Notes: a model not told the origin generated them from the letters alone. 64,000 bases of DNA from Candidatus Bathyarchaeota archaeon (GCA_963771885.1 CAVYVF010000022.1:128001-192000); one strand, 5' to 3'; shown: positions 10,211-20,071, counted from the first letter of the stretch. Made by a program: numbers and translations.

Positions 10211-10894
10211 ATGCTAAACGTCCTCTTCGTAGAAGCCGCGCTTGAGGTCGTCCCCCGGAAGATCAGTCGCCACCCTTCGGTGACGCGAAACGCGAAGAGG
10301 GACGGGAAGAACCCTGAGGGGGTTCTGCTTGATAGAAGCCTCCACCACAGGGCCATGCTTGATCTGCCGGAAGGGGAGAAAAGGGGGAGGCCAGATATCC
10401 TTCACTTCTGCCTTCTTGAGGCGCTGGGTTCTCCACTCAATAAAGTTGGGAGGCTTAAGTCGATGGCACAGAACATTAACGGCGACTTCATAGACTTCGC
10501 CCCGGAGCTAAGGCTCCCCCGAGACTGCAACAGGTTTGATAGCCTCATGGAGCAGCTCTTCGCCGAGAAACGTGTCCCCCCAAGCGACGAGGAGAAGCCT
10601 CTCATGACTCTGGTTAGGAAGAGTCTGAAAAACATAAGGGGGGAGATTAAGCCGAGTAGGACGTTTGCGTTGACTAGCCATGGTAAGGCGGAGAAGCTGG
10701 ATGAGCTGTGCAAGCGGTTGGCGGGTGAGGAGAATCCGCTCATCTTTCTCGGCGCCTATCCTCACGGGGCTATGAGAGAGGAAACTCTCGCTGAGGCGGA
10801 CGAGGCGGTGAGCATCCATGCCGAGGCGCTCGAGGCATGGGTCGTCACATCGCGCCTCGTCTACGAGTATGAGAAGGCTACGGGGCTAGAGTAG
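10211..10894 (+). CDS. nep1: 16S rRNA pseudouridine N1-methyltransferase Nep1/Emg1
   Basis: LLDRSLHHRAM, RGRPDILH, LRLPR..RF..LMEQL, GAYPHG. Confidence 0.92.
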   Translation: MLNVLFVEAALEVVPRKISRHPSVTRNAKRDGKNPEGVLLDRSLHHRAMLDLPEGEKRGRPDILHFCLLEALGSPLNKVGRLKSMAQNINGDFIDFAPELRLPRDCNRFDSLMEQLFAEKRVPPSDEEKPLMTLVRKSLKNIRGEIKPSRTFALTSHGKAEKLDELCKRLAGEENPLIFLGAYPHGAMREETLAEADEAVSIHAEALEAWVVTSRLVYEYEKATGLE

Positions 10895-11530
10895 CTTCGA
10901 GGCGAACTCGTTTAAATCGTGCACGACGCCTTCACCGCTGAGTTCACCGCTCCTGTCGAGATGGTATGCTTCGACGCCGAGCTTCTTCGGCGCTCGATAA
11001 TCGAACTCCTCGTGGTCGCCGACATGGGCTAGCTCTTCAGGCTTTATTGCGAGTTCGTCGCAGACACGCTGGTAGAAGTCGGGAGCCTTCTTGACCGCGT
11101 TGAAGTCGGTTGGCGCTGAAAAGACCTTACTGAAGGGGTAGTCTATGCAGCCGAGCTGTATCTGTAGGAACTCGCGTATAGTGTTAGATGAGATTATGAG
11201 AGGATACTTTTTTCCTAGTCGGTTTAAGGCGGGCTGGGCGTCAGGGTATACTCGGCACTCTGTCTTTCGGCGTTGAGGGAGGTTGCGCCAATAATGGGGG
11301 AGCCCGAGTCGCCTCCACCAGTAACCCATGTCGTACCACTCTGGGCGCCCCTCGCCAATCTCCGCGTACTCCGCGAATACCTTCCTCCTCGCCTCCTCGA
11401 GGGGGAGCCCGTGCGCTTCAGCGTAGAGGGCAGGAATGTCCCCCTCCCATATCTGCTTGCTATAACTGTGGTCGACGAGGGTTCCCTCCATGTCGAAGCT
11501 GATAACTTTACATTTCCTAAGAGAATTCAA
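10886..11530 (-). CDS. HAD family hydrolase
   Basis: FDMEGTL motif I, SSN, HVGD motif IV. Confidence 0.85.
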   Translation of the reverse strand: MNSLRKCKVISFDMEGTLVDHSYSKQIWEGDIPALYAEAHGLPLEEARRKVFAEYAEIGEGRPEWYDMGYWWRRLGLPHYWRNLPQRRKTECRVYPDAQPALNRLGKKYPLIISSNTIREFLQIQLGCIDYPFSKVFSAPTDFNAVKKAPDFYQRVCDELAIKPEELAHVGDHEEFDYRAPKKLGVEAYHLDRSGELSGEGVVHDLNEFASKLL

Positions 11531-11978
11531 GACTATAACCCGTGCTAAGCCCTTCAGGAAGAGTGAGACCTCGCGGAATTTTACACTTATGCTCTGCCAG
11601 ATGCAAGATTCTAGAATGTTCTTTGGTGTCGCTAGTCTTACTTCACAGGCTCAAAGTGGGAGTAAGGTTCAGTGGTCGACGGCGCGCGCCCATTGGGATT
11701 GTTATTTATATTCTATTTGTCTTTTATTATTCTTAGATAAATAGGGATTATGTGATTATCATTTTATCAATATCTTTTATTTATTTCTTATGGGGTTTAC
11801 ACTTAATGAGAGATGTTCATCTCTAATTCAGATATGATTTGCAGTGAAAAATTTGCGGTAAAAAATGTCCCACAATGGCGCAATTTGACGCTTTTTGGCA
11901 GTTTTCGATGGATGACTTGCCTGTTTCTAGCCTCTTTTCCGGAAAGGGGTTATAAAAAACGTTTTCAGGTGCATAATC

Positions 11979-12269
11979 ATGCCCATTTCTGACGCTGGTA
12001 GGCGTCGCCGAGCCAGGAGGAGACGTGTTTTTGAGCTTAGATTGATGTGTTGGACCGTTGATCGAATAGCTGCTGAGCTGGGTGTTTGCGAGAAGACGGT
12101 TGACCGTGATATCGCCACACCTGGCGTACAAGCTAGACTGAAGGAGGCTGAGCGGCGGTCACGCCGAAGAACCGCGGAGATGTGGCGGATATCCACGGAA
12201 AACCTATCCCTCGCTCAACGGGATCAGCTGCTCGGGCTTCTGATGAAGCCTATGAGGCGTCGACATTAA
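11979..12269 (+). CDS. Small basic HTH protein
   Basis: WTVDRIAAELGVCEKTVDRDI HTH pattern. Confidence 0.7.
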   Translation: MPISDAGRRRRARRRRVFELRLMCWTVDRIAAELGVCEKTVDRDIATPGVQARLKEAERRSRRRTAEMWRISTENLSLAQRDQLLGLLMKPMRRRH

Positions 12270-12485
12270 TACACATTCCTTCAAGTTGCCTACTCGCGCG
12301 CGAAGTGGGCTTGAGTACGTCAACTAGATACGGGGAATTCACATTTACATGAAGCGATAATAGAGTTTTTTAACACATTACATCTATCGTAAAAACTTGA
12401 CCACTACCTCGACCATCGACGAATAATGCGGGCTCTTCAGTAAATGGCGGAATTAACTGAGTAATTAGGACTGCACGTGCGCAGA

Positions 12486-13376
12486 TTAAGGTTTAATTTG
12501 AAATGTACCCGTATAAAACGCTGATCTTGCCAACTCAACGTCGACTTGCAGCTTTAACATTACATTATATACTTCATTTAAACCAACTTCATCTAGTTTC
12601 GGCTCATTATTAGAACCTATGAGATCGACTTTGTTAAGTTCCATAAGATCTTTATTAAGAACACGCAAAGAGTCTACTTGGATCCTTGTTATGTTATTAT
12701 AATTATAATTGTTCTTGAGTATGAGATATGTCATGTAGACGTTATTCCAATCATTCAGGAATGACCTAAGGTCATCAGCCGCGAATTTTATTTGAGTAAG
12801 TTTTTCGCTGCTAGGATCAATGAGTTGAACGATTTCATCGTAATTTGCCGATAATTCACCCGCATATTCCAAGAGATTTCTCTGAGTCAGAAAATCGATC
12901 TTTTCCTCAGCTACAGTAGCATTCAAGATACCCGTCATTTTATTCGTCAAGTTCCGGTTTTCAGCTAGCACATTTACTAAAATTGAGGATTCCTTACTGC
13001 TTAAACGGTTGAAGTTTACGAAGAGAAAAATGTTAGATAATATTAAGATTACAATTATGAAGACCGCAAAGAATTTAATTCTGCCCATTAGCTTCTGCGA
13101 CTCTATTGTCTTCTGCGACATTTCTACGTTCGAAATCAAGTTTAACGCGGCTTCTCCGAACGTTGTCAGGTGGTAATGACCCTCATCATTCTTAGCGATG
13201 AGATCCCCCATATTTTCGAGGTGGTAGTTGAGGAAACCCGTTGTAACCTGCAGTCTGTTAAGCAGACCAGTGTATTGTATCTTTCCATCGGAGAGTATTC
13301 TCAGGATCATTCTCCTAACGGGGTGCCGTAGGGCCGAGAATATCCTTGAGTACGTGTCCTCTTCGAAATCGGTCAA
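12486..13376 (-). CDS. Membrane-anchored ArsR-like wHTH regulator with a C-terminal domain beyond the TM helix
   Basis: IFSALRHPVRRMIL, TGFLNYHL, YHLTTFG; TM FFAVFIIVILILSNIFLFV; likely start TTG 13376 (ORF track extends to 13484). Confidence 0.75.
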   Translation of the reverse strand: MTDFEEDTYSRIFSALRHPVRRMILRILSDGKIQYTGLLNRLQVTTGFLNYHLENMGDLIAKNDEGHYHLTTFGEAALNLISNVEMSQKTIESQKLMGRIKFFAVFIIVILILSNIFLFVNFNRLSSKESSILVNVLAENRNLTNKMTGILNATVAEEKIDFLTQRNLLEYAGELSANYDEIVQLIDPSSEKLTQIKFAADDLRSFLNDWNNVYMTYLILKNNYNYNNITRIQVDSLRVLNKDLMELNKVDLIGSNNEPKLDEVGLNEVYNVMLKLQVDVELARSAFYTGTFQIKP

Positions 13377-13418
13377 ATCACTCTTATTGAAGTTGCCGGA
13401 GTCTCTAAATAAGTTTCT

Positions 13419-13484
13419 TTGAAAGGATTTCTTGTCAAAATTGTGCAAGTTCCTCTTGAAATCTTTGACAAGGATTGTTTTCAA
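13419..13484. promoter_or_regulatory. Imperfect inverted repeat (putative operator) in divergent promoter
   Basis: TTGAAAGGATTTCTTGTCAAAA (13419-13440) vs reverse complement of 13463-13484, TTGAAAACAATCCTTGTCAAAG, 17/22. Confidence 0.5.
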
Positions 13485-13530
13485 AATCTCTTAAAGGTAT
13501 AGTCGATGGGTAGTTTTACGGGTGAAGTAG

Positions 13531-14013
13531 TTGAATACCCGCAGGAAAGCAGGCATGTTGGTAGGTTTGGTGTTCGTGTTAGTTGTTTCGTCCATGGCAG
13601 GTCTTTTCCCTGCCAAGGCTACTGACACGTACATTTACGCGGAGCCCGATCAAGGGTCTTTTTATACGATAGACTATTCGGTTTCGGGGCCGATCGATGG
13701 TACGACGGTAGTTAAACCTCTCGTTACTTATACTTACATTCCGATCAGCGGCACACTAACGCATGATCAGGGTTGGCAATCATCTAACTATACTCCTTAC
13801 GCGATAAGTGTGAGAATGAGTAGCGTGACGACCGGCTATACCCTGACTTGCTCAATCATATCCGGCGGAGTGACAAGGTGGTCGGGAGAGCTTGGGAGCG
13901 GTCAGAGTTCGCCCACAATAACGGTTAACGGAGCAACAACCTATGTAAGGCTATTGAATCAGAACTCTGCAACTGTCTCCTATTCGGGCACAATCACGCT
14001 GGTGAACAACTGA
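13531..14013 (+). CDS. Secreted Ser/Thr-rich beta-strand protein
   Basis: Signal peptide ending PAKA; TRWSGELGSGQ motif shared with 31216..31707. Confidence 0.7.
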   Translation: MNTRRKAGMLVGLVFVLVVSSMAGLFPAKATDTYIYAEPDQGSFYTIDYSVSGPIDGTTVVKPLVTYTYIPISGTLTHDQGWQSSNYTPYAISVRMSSVTTGYTLTCSIISGGVTRWSGELGSGQSSPTITVNGATTYVRLLNQNSATVSYSGTITLVNN

Positions 14014-14018
14014 ACGAG

Positions 14019-14582
14019 TTGATAGATGTGAAAAAGACCTCGAATTACGTAAAAGCGTTGTTAGTGGCAGCGCCATTCATTTTCATAGGCATGCTGGCGC
14101 TTCTGCCTCCCCAACAACTCGATACAGTTGGCACACAAGTTCTTTCGGCTAGTGATGTTGAAAACCCTGAGACAGCTAAGCAATATGGAATTAAGGGCTA
14201 TGTTAAAGTAACATCCACCAATGAAGAAAAAACAATTATCTGTAAACCTGGAGACACCGTGACAATATTTGGTACAATCGAATACGTTTCTTATTCAGTC
14301 GATAGACCGACAACAACTATCAACGTCAACTTAGCTGACGATAGTCACGTCATGAGACAGGGATTAGGAGATGGAAAAGGCGAAATTAGGATAAACGATT
14401 ACGCCGCTTATGACTTAGCTGGGGAATACACCCTTGTACACGATACACCACTTTCGTACAAACTAACGATTAATATTCCCGAAACCTTCCCACAGACCGA
14501 TTTTTCTCCGTCCTGTATGGGCATTACATCTTCAGTATTCTTAATCAATGACATTGGAGTGACAATTAATGTTCAAAAGTAG
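14019..14582 (+). CDS. Membrane-anchored/secreted hypothetical protein
   Basis: N-terminal hydrophobic helix, beta-rich remainder. Confidence 0.65.
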   Translation: MIDVKKTSNYVKALLVAAPFIFIGMLALLPPQQLDTVGTQVLSASDVENPETAKQYGIKGYVKVTSTNEEKTIICKPGDTVTIFGTIEYVSYSVDRPTTTINVNLADDSHVMRQGLGDGKGEIRINDYAAYDLAGEYTLVHDTPLSYKLTINIPETFPQTDFSPSCMGITSSVFLINDIGVTINVQK

Positions 14583-15441
14583 AATAATCTTAATAACTAC
14601 GATAGTCGCGATGATGTGCCTACCCTCTGTGTTGGCATATCATCCATATATGGGGGCTTACTTCAACCAAACACCAGGAACAACGAACAAGGTAATATTT
14701 GATACTAACTTCGTAAGTGTAAGTGGAGCTAACTTTGGGAGTAATTGGCTGGCAGGTGTCGTATCAATTTCCGGTGGCGGCGGTGCTGGTGGAACTAGTC
14801 CAACTGGGTTCATCTACCAGAATGGTTTCCTTTTACATAGTAATAACAATGTAGAGTGGGCACCTCAGTACTGGTATCTTAATTCCCAAGTGAATGGTTA
14901 TTCAGATGGCAATGTTGGGACGTATACCTATCAGTTTTTCTTTGGTAGAATTGACTACGATTCTGCTAACAGTAGGATTTACTATAGACGTTGGTGTTAC
15001 TCCACAGCATATAATGTTGAGCATGATATTTATACAACAGATGATTGGGAGCATTCAATACCGGCCGGTGATACTAACTTCTTATATGGTGTGGATACAG
15101 GTTACTCTCCCTCTATAAAATATGCGCAGATGGGTGCTGAAGCTACTGCAAATATTACTAATGTAAATTGGAAAAACCAAGACGGGCATTTCAGCGTCTA
15201 CGTTTCTAATGCATGGCGTTATTACGCTGGGCTTTCAACCAGAGGTTCAAACGCGGTTTGTACACGCGTTGGAGGTACTCGCGCCAAAATTGGCGGGTTG
15301 AACCTATTATGTGATAAATATAACAGCGGCACCCAGGTGGTAACTTGGTATTATAATGGCGCTAACATGTTAGCAGAAGGGACAAGCCTCTGGGCTGGTT
15401 CTGGAACAACGAGCCCCATTGTGCAAACGCCATTTAATTAA
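14569..15441 (+). CDS. Secreted hypothetical protein
   Basis: Signal peptide MFKSRIILITTIVAMMCLPSVLA; Gly/Tyr/Asn-rich. Confidence 0.7.
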   Translation: MFKSRIILITTIVAMMCLPSVLAYHPYMGAYFNQTPGTTNKVIFDTNFVSVSGANFGSNWLAGVVSISGGGGAGGTSPTGFIYQNGFLLHSNNNVEWAPQYWYLNSQVNGYSDGNVGTYTYQFFFGRIDYDSANSRIYYRRWCYSTAYNVEHDIYTTDDWEHSIPAGDTNFLYGVDTGYSPSIKYAQMGAEATANITNVNWKNQDGHFSVYVSNAWRYYAGLSTRGSNAVCTRVGGTRAKIGGLNLLCDKYNSGTQVVTWYYNGANMLAEGTSLWAGSGTTSPIVQTPFN

Positions 15442-15465
15442 TCATTGCGCGCGCATGAGTGAAAG

Positions 15466-16041
15466 TTGGAGTGTAGATTCAACATGAAGGTTTTAAAAAT
15501 TGGAAGAGCGAAGCAGTATGCTGTTCTCGTTGTTTTCGCCACTCTTATCTTTTCGATGGCAACACAGATTGTATCAGCATTCTATACCCTGGGGGTAAGT
15601 TGGAGTGGTAGCGTCAATCCACTGTACTACTACGATAATGATGGCTATACAGAAACAACAAGCGCAGCTTCGAGCTGGGCTGTAACTGGGGTATTTTCTT
15701 ATAGCTCAGGTACAAGTGCATCTCCAATTCATGTACATAGTGCCAGAGTAACGGGAGTAGCCTGGGATGGACAAAGTGATATTTCCGGATTTGGAACTAC
15801 AATTACCGATGTTCAAACCATTATCAATACCTACTACTGCGATTCGTATAGCTCCGCTGCAAGAAAGAGTGTCATTTGCCATGAGTTAGGACACGCACTT
15901 GGTTTAAATGAAAATCCTGACATTGAAGTTGTACGTAGCGTAATGAATCCTTACACATTCGGCGATTACTCACGATACGGTTATTGGGCGATTTCGAGTC
16001 CAACAACTGATGACTTTAATGGAGTAAATTATATCTATTGA
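15466..16041 (+). CDS. Secreted matrixin-like (metzincin) metalloprotease
   Basis: Signal peptide; HELGHALGLNE zinc motif and SVM Met-turn. Confidence 0.8.
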   Translation: MECRFNMKVLKIGRAKQYAVLVVFATLIFSMATQIVSAFYTLGVSWSGSVNPLYYYDNDGYTETTSAASSWAVTGVFSYSSGTSASPIHVHSARVTGVAWDGQSDISGFGTTITDVQTIINTYYCDSYSSAARKSVICHELGHALGLNENPDIEVVRSVMNPYTFGDYSRYGYWAISSPTTDDFNGVNYIY

Positions 16042-16053
16042 GGTGAATTAAAG

Positions 16054-16611
16054 ATGAAAAAATATCTTTTACTTTGTAGTATCCTCCTAACAATTACCAT
16101 GGTAGCAGCTTTTTCTGCGATGTCGACTATACCAATGAAAACCGTGACATCTACTGCGAGCTGGGCAATTGGTTACAGAGATATTCCCTCACTTACTAAC
16201 GGCGCCAGTACCGTCATAATGGGGACAGTAATTTCAGAAAAGACCTATAAAGTCAATTATGGTGCTGATTTTATTATTTTCACAAACTATACCATTGCAG
16301 TGTCTAATGTTTACAAAGGTGATGTATTGGAAAATATTATCGTAAAACAAACAGGGGGACTGTTTGAAAACACTCTCTATACTATCGAAGATGATCCGCT
16401 TTTCCCCTCGAGCACTCCGATGATACTTTTCTTAGAACAATTCGGTCCTAACAGTTACTTTATAATCGGTGGTCCCCAAGGGCGGTTCCATGTTGTCAAT
16501 GATAGGGTGTACTCGGTAGGAGAGTTAGAAAACTCCGCAACTGGAACAACAAGTCGACTCAAAACATCAGGAATTTCTTTTAATGAGTTTGTGAAACAAA
16601 TTGGTCCTTAA
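16054..16611 (+). CDS. Secreted protein, possible partner of the metalloprotease
   Basis: Signal peptide; VIMGTV, VYKG, QTGG, ILFL, GGPQGRF pattern. Confidence 0.6.
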   Translation: MKKYLLLCSILLTITMVAAFSAMSTIPMKTVTSTASWAIGYRDIPSLTNGASTVIMGTVISEKTYKVNYGADFIIFTNYTIAVSNVYKGDVLENIIVKQTGGLFENTLYTIEDDPLFPSSTPMILFLEQFGPNSYFIIGGPQGRFHVVNDRVYSVGELENSATGTTSRLKTSGISFNEFVKQIGP

Positions 16612-16937
16612 TTAGGTTCAACTGCCAGTTGATTTTAATTAAAAACTTCTTATTTAGAATATCCTATCCGACGATATTTTCAGTTCGTAATGTCCGACGC
16701 AGATTTTACAGAACCGATACGCGCGCGGGCAGGTTCGAAAGCCAGACCGCATTATGCGCCGAGCTAGAGGAAACATTGTAGGAAATGATCATGGTTAAAC
16801 TCTATCTGATCGGCGGTATCCCTCGCGACCCTCGCCAAGGTCACAAGATCCTCATCCGCGATGCACACGCAGCCGATGAGAAAACGGCATTAATACACAT
16901 TTCTTCAAGTTACCTACTTCGAATCGCGCATTCATTT

Positions 16938-17264
16938 CTAGAGAGTGGCTGTCTTTAGTGTCTCGATGACTGTGAACTCATATACGACGACATCTCTCGC
17001 TGGCTCCCAGGAACCATAGATGCTGATCCACTTCTGCTTGAACTCCGCGAGGCTGTCGAAGCCCTCCAGATATGCCTCCTCCTCGGTGACCTCCCCGAGG
17101 CTCTGGCGGTATCTCTTCGTTATCCTGAAGTGGCGGCTCGTTGACTCGGTTCTGCTGACTTGGATAGAATAGACTTTTCCGACACTGAGGAGCCTTGTGT
17201 GTGTTCTCCTGGTCTGGGTTTTCCTCCCCGATAGGATGAGTGGGAGGAACTCTTTCTTGAACAT
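16938..17264 (-). CDS. ASCH domain protein
   Basis: MFKKEFLPLILSGRKTQTRR (GxKxxxxR), EEEAYLEGF. Confidence 0.85.
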   Translation of the reverse strand: MFKKEFLPLILSGRKTQTRRTHTRLLSVGKVYSIQVSRTESTSRHFRITKRYRQSLGEVTEEEAYLEGFDSLAEFKQKWISIYGSWEPARDVVVYEFTVIETLKTATL

Positions 17265-17716
17265 CAAGGCGCTCCGCCTCCGCATCTATATATGTCTCTG
17301 AGGACGATGAGCTTCGCCTGGTAGAAGTACCCGCCCTCCCGTAGCTCCTGCCTGGTTGGGGGCGTGATGTTCTCTGTGTGTCCCTTGTGGAAGTCGGCTG
17401 CGTGTAGCTCCTCAGCCTTCTCCCATATCTGTGCCCTGACCCTTGGCCAGAACTTGCCAGCCATCAGGAGTCGCCTCAGGGAGTCTCCTGGTAGTTGGCG
17501 CCACCTAGGCGGTTTGCCTCCCGGTAGAAGCTGCGTCTCGAGCTCTAGCGCCTTACCCTGGACAGTGACTGCTATCTCTTCGAGACTCGGGGAGTGTCCG
17601 AGGGTTAAGTCGGATTCGTCGATGCTTACCTCGGCCTCTTGGGTGAGCTCGTCGCGGTACTTCTTCTCGGCGTCGGGGAGGCGTACGTTTAAGCGGACCC
17701 GATAGGTGACGATCAT
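17264..17716 (-). CDS. Hypothetical MGE protein
   Basis: ATG at 17716 overlapping the upstream stop; MIVTYRVRLNV... Confidence 0.55.
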   Translation of the reverse strand: MIVTYRVRLNVRLPDAEKKYRDELTQEAEVSIDESDLTLGHSPSLEEIAVTVQGKALELETQLLPGGKPPRWRQLPGDSLRRLLMAGKFWPRVRAQIWEKAEELHAADFHKGHTENITPPTRQELREGGYFYQAKLIVLRDIYRCGGGAP

Positions 17717-17871
17717 TTCTTTGCCTCCTCTCCTGTGTCGACTACTGTGTCGATGGTGACTTTGCCTTCCCTGATTCTCCTGATTCCTTCCTCGATTGCC
17801 TCCTCCCTGGAGGCTGCGGTTACGGTGATTGTGCAAAGGTCCACCCACCAGGGCGTCTTCTTCCCGGTCAT
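17713..17871 (-). CDS. Small hypothetical MGE protein (52 aa)
   Basis: Hand translation MTGKKTPWWVDLCTITVTAASREEAIEEGIRRIREGKV...; ATGA coupling to the next gene. Confidence 0.5.
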   Translation of the reverse strand: MTGKKTPWWVDLCTITVTAASREEAIEEGIRRIREGKVTIDTVVDTGEEAKK

Positions 17872-18118
17872 GGTTTCCGCCTCCGGTCTCCGTAGGGGCA
17901 GCTGCCACAGTCACTTGGGCAGTTCCCGTTGGCGATCGCGTGGTAGCAGTTTATGATGTTCTCTTTGGCTCGCTCGTCGGGGCACTTATTCGCGCATTGA
18001 GTGCATCCGTCTGCTTGGCAGAGGTCCGGGATGCGTCTGAAGGCAATTCTTGAAGCTCATTATGCAGACGTGTCCGTCGTTCTGCGGGCAGCTCAAGTTC
18101 TCACATGGTAGGCTCATC

Positions 18119-18595
18119 CTAGTCCGCCTCCAGAATGTCGCCTCTGTTGCTGATGACGAGGCTTACCGCCTCTTTGGCTGGTAATCCGAGGAGCATGGCT
18201 CCGAAGGCTGCATGTGTGGCTGCCTTGAGCACACTTGCATCTGGCTGCTGGGACTCAGGTACCCCGATGGTTTCCCTGGCGAAGCTGACCAGCTCTGCGG
18301 GGTACTCCTCGATGCCGTCGTTCCAGAGTATCGCTTCGGCGACGTCTATGATTTGAGCCCTGGTACTCCCATCCACGCTGGGAGTCGGTATATCGGATTC
18401 CTGGACGGAGACGGCGTACTCCATGCTGCCGTCCTCACGCTGGTTGAAGTAGACCTCATCTGATGCCCTGTGCTGCTCGTTGCTCCAGTCCTTGGCGTAG
18501 TCCTTCGCGTATGCTACTGCTTCCTCTTTGTTGAGGGTGGTGAGTGTTATCTTGGGGATGTGGTTGTCTACGGCTATGACCGTGTAGACTCTCAT
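18119..18595 (-). CDS. Hypothetical MGE protein
   Basis: MRVYTVIAVDNHIPK...; 3' part of ORF 18119..18973. Confidence 0.55.
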   Translation of the reverse strand: MRVYTVIAVDNHIPKITLTTLNKEEAVAYAKDYAKDWSNEQHRASDEVYFNQREDGSMEYAVSVQESDIPTPSVDGSTRAQIIDVAEAILWNDGIEEYPAELVSFARETIGVPESQQPDASVLKAATHAAFGAMLLGLPAKEAVSLVISNRGDILEAD

Positions 18596-18818
18596 CTCGC
18601 GTCGCCTCAGAGGTTCGCGGACTCTACCGGTCCCTTGGTGAGGTATTCGAGGCAGATGCCTGCTAGGTCGGTGGCTCGAATGGGCGGTGGCCCTCCTCCC
18701 AGTTGCCGAGGAGGGGTGCGATGGCTCGGATGAGTGTGCAGACGTTGAAGTGGCGCATTTGGTGCAGCTCCGCTTGAAGCTGACGGCTCTCCGGGTGGCC
18801 TGTGGTGGTCTGCATATT

Positions 18819-19700
18819 CTAGGCCGCCTGGAGGGGTATGACCTTGTGGAGGTGGTCGAAGTGGAATATCTTGATGCGCATGTTGGTGGATTGTTGTGCC
18901 AGATGTTTGCGGTGATGTCGTTGTATATGTCCCAGACGGTTTCGGGTTTGGCGTTGAGTGTGGTGGCCTTCATTGGGTCGGCGAGTAGGTAGCTGGGGTA
19001 GACTTTGGCGGGTAGCCTGCTCTTTAGGAGCCTTGCTCTGGAGGTCGTCGAGGTACTTCTCGTCTGCCTTCTTCTTGGCCATCTTCTTGTAGCTCTCGAT
19101 GATGTCTACTGCTCTGTCCATGATGCTGCAGATTATGTGGCTGAGCTGGCCGACGACGGGGTCGATGGCTGCGGTGTGGCGCTTGTAGACGTATTCGAGC
19201 GTCTTGCGCTGGTCGAAGTCCTGGTGGTAGCCCTTTGATCCTGCGAGTACCATGTTTCTGCAGGCGTTTCTGAAGGTGAATACTCCGGCTCCGAAGCTGG
19301 TGGTTCCGTCGATGCTGTTGTGGACTCCTACTCCGATGTGCATCTCGTCTCCGTTTACCTTGTAGGGCTCGTTGAGGGCGTAGAGTGCGTGTACCTTGAA
19401 GCCGTCCACTATGACGTGGTCGTCTAGTCGCTGGAACCAGCTGCCGGTGAACTCGTCGAATGGGACGAGGCCCATCTGCTCGGCGGTGGCGTCTGCTATT
19501 TTGACGGCTTCCTCGTTGGGTAGGACGTGGTACTGGGTGGTGGCTATCTGGGCGATTTGCCCGGCTTGGAGTATGGCCTTGTATTTGGTCTGCTCCCCGT
19601 TTAGGAGGAGTGGTACCTCGGCTAGGTTGTATTGGCTCCAGGTGTCGTCTGGTTGCCCCGATGTGAGGCTTATCTGGTCTGAGGTTTCCAAGTTGTTCAT
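18819..19700 (-). CDS. DUF932 family phage/plasmid protein (C-terminus appears to carry compensating frameshifts)
   Basis: YHVLPNEE and HNSIDGTTSF...FRNACRNM match the DUF932 NSxDG...R.xC.N pattern. Confidence 0.75.
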   Translation of the reverse strand: MNNLETSDQISLTSGQPDDTWSQYNLAEVPLLLNGEQTKYKAILQAGQIAQIATTQYHVLPNEEAVKIADATAEQMGLVPFDEFTGSWFQRLDDHVIVDGFKVHALYALNEPYKVNGDEMHIGVGVHNSIDGTTSFGAGVFTFRNACRNMVLAGSKGYHQDFDQRKTLEYVYKRHTAAIDPVVGQLSHIICSIMDRAVDIIESYKKMAKKKADEKYLDDLQSKAPKEQATRQSLPQLPTRRPNEGHHTQRQTRNRLGHIQRHHRKHLAQQSTNMRIKIFHFDHLHKVIPLQAA

Positions 19701-20048
19701 CCTCGTCTAAAGGTTCGGGGCTGTGAATTTGTTGACTTGTTAGAGCATAAGTGTGAAGGTTGGGGCGAGTAACGTTTGTCTTTCAGGGTTCGGTGCTTCG
19801 CCTGTCAGCGATTATTCTAATTGTAAAGCGGGGAAACGGATGGGTTTATGCTTCCGTGTGAAAGTAGTCAACCTCCCCCAACACGAGCTTGACCTCATCC
19901 TTGAACTGTTAGATGAGGCGCAGGTAGCAGTCTATGGCTCGAGCTCGAGGCCCAGAGCCACTTGATACCCCGTCGTCGTGAAGAGGCTGAAGCCCTCCAG
20001 GGTCTTCACTCCCTCAGCGGCGCGAGCGAGACATTTAATGAAACGATA

Positions 20049-20071
20049 GCAGACCCGGTGGGATTCGAACC
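20049..20071 (-). other. tRNA 3'-end-like fragment (possible att scar)
   Basis: Minus strand reads GGTTCGAATCCCACCGGGTCTGC, i.e. T-loop plus acceptor 3' strand; no 5' half adjacent. Confidence 0.6.

Larger units (their letters stand above)
12264..16918 (+). repeat. 31-bp direct repeat pair (12264-12294 and 16888-16918)
   Basis: CATTAATACACATTcCTTCAAGTTgCCTACT vs CATTAATACACATTtCTTCAAGTTaCCTACT, 29/31 identical. Confidence 0.9.
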
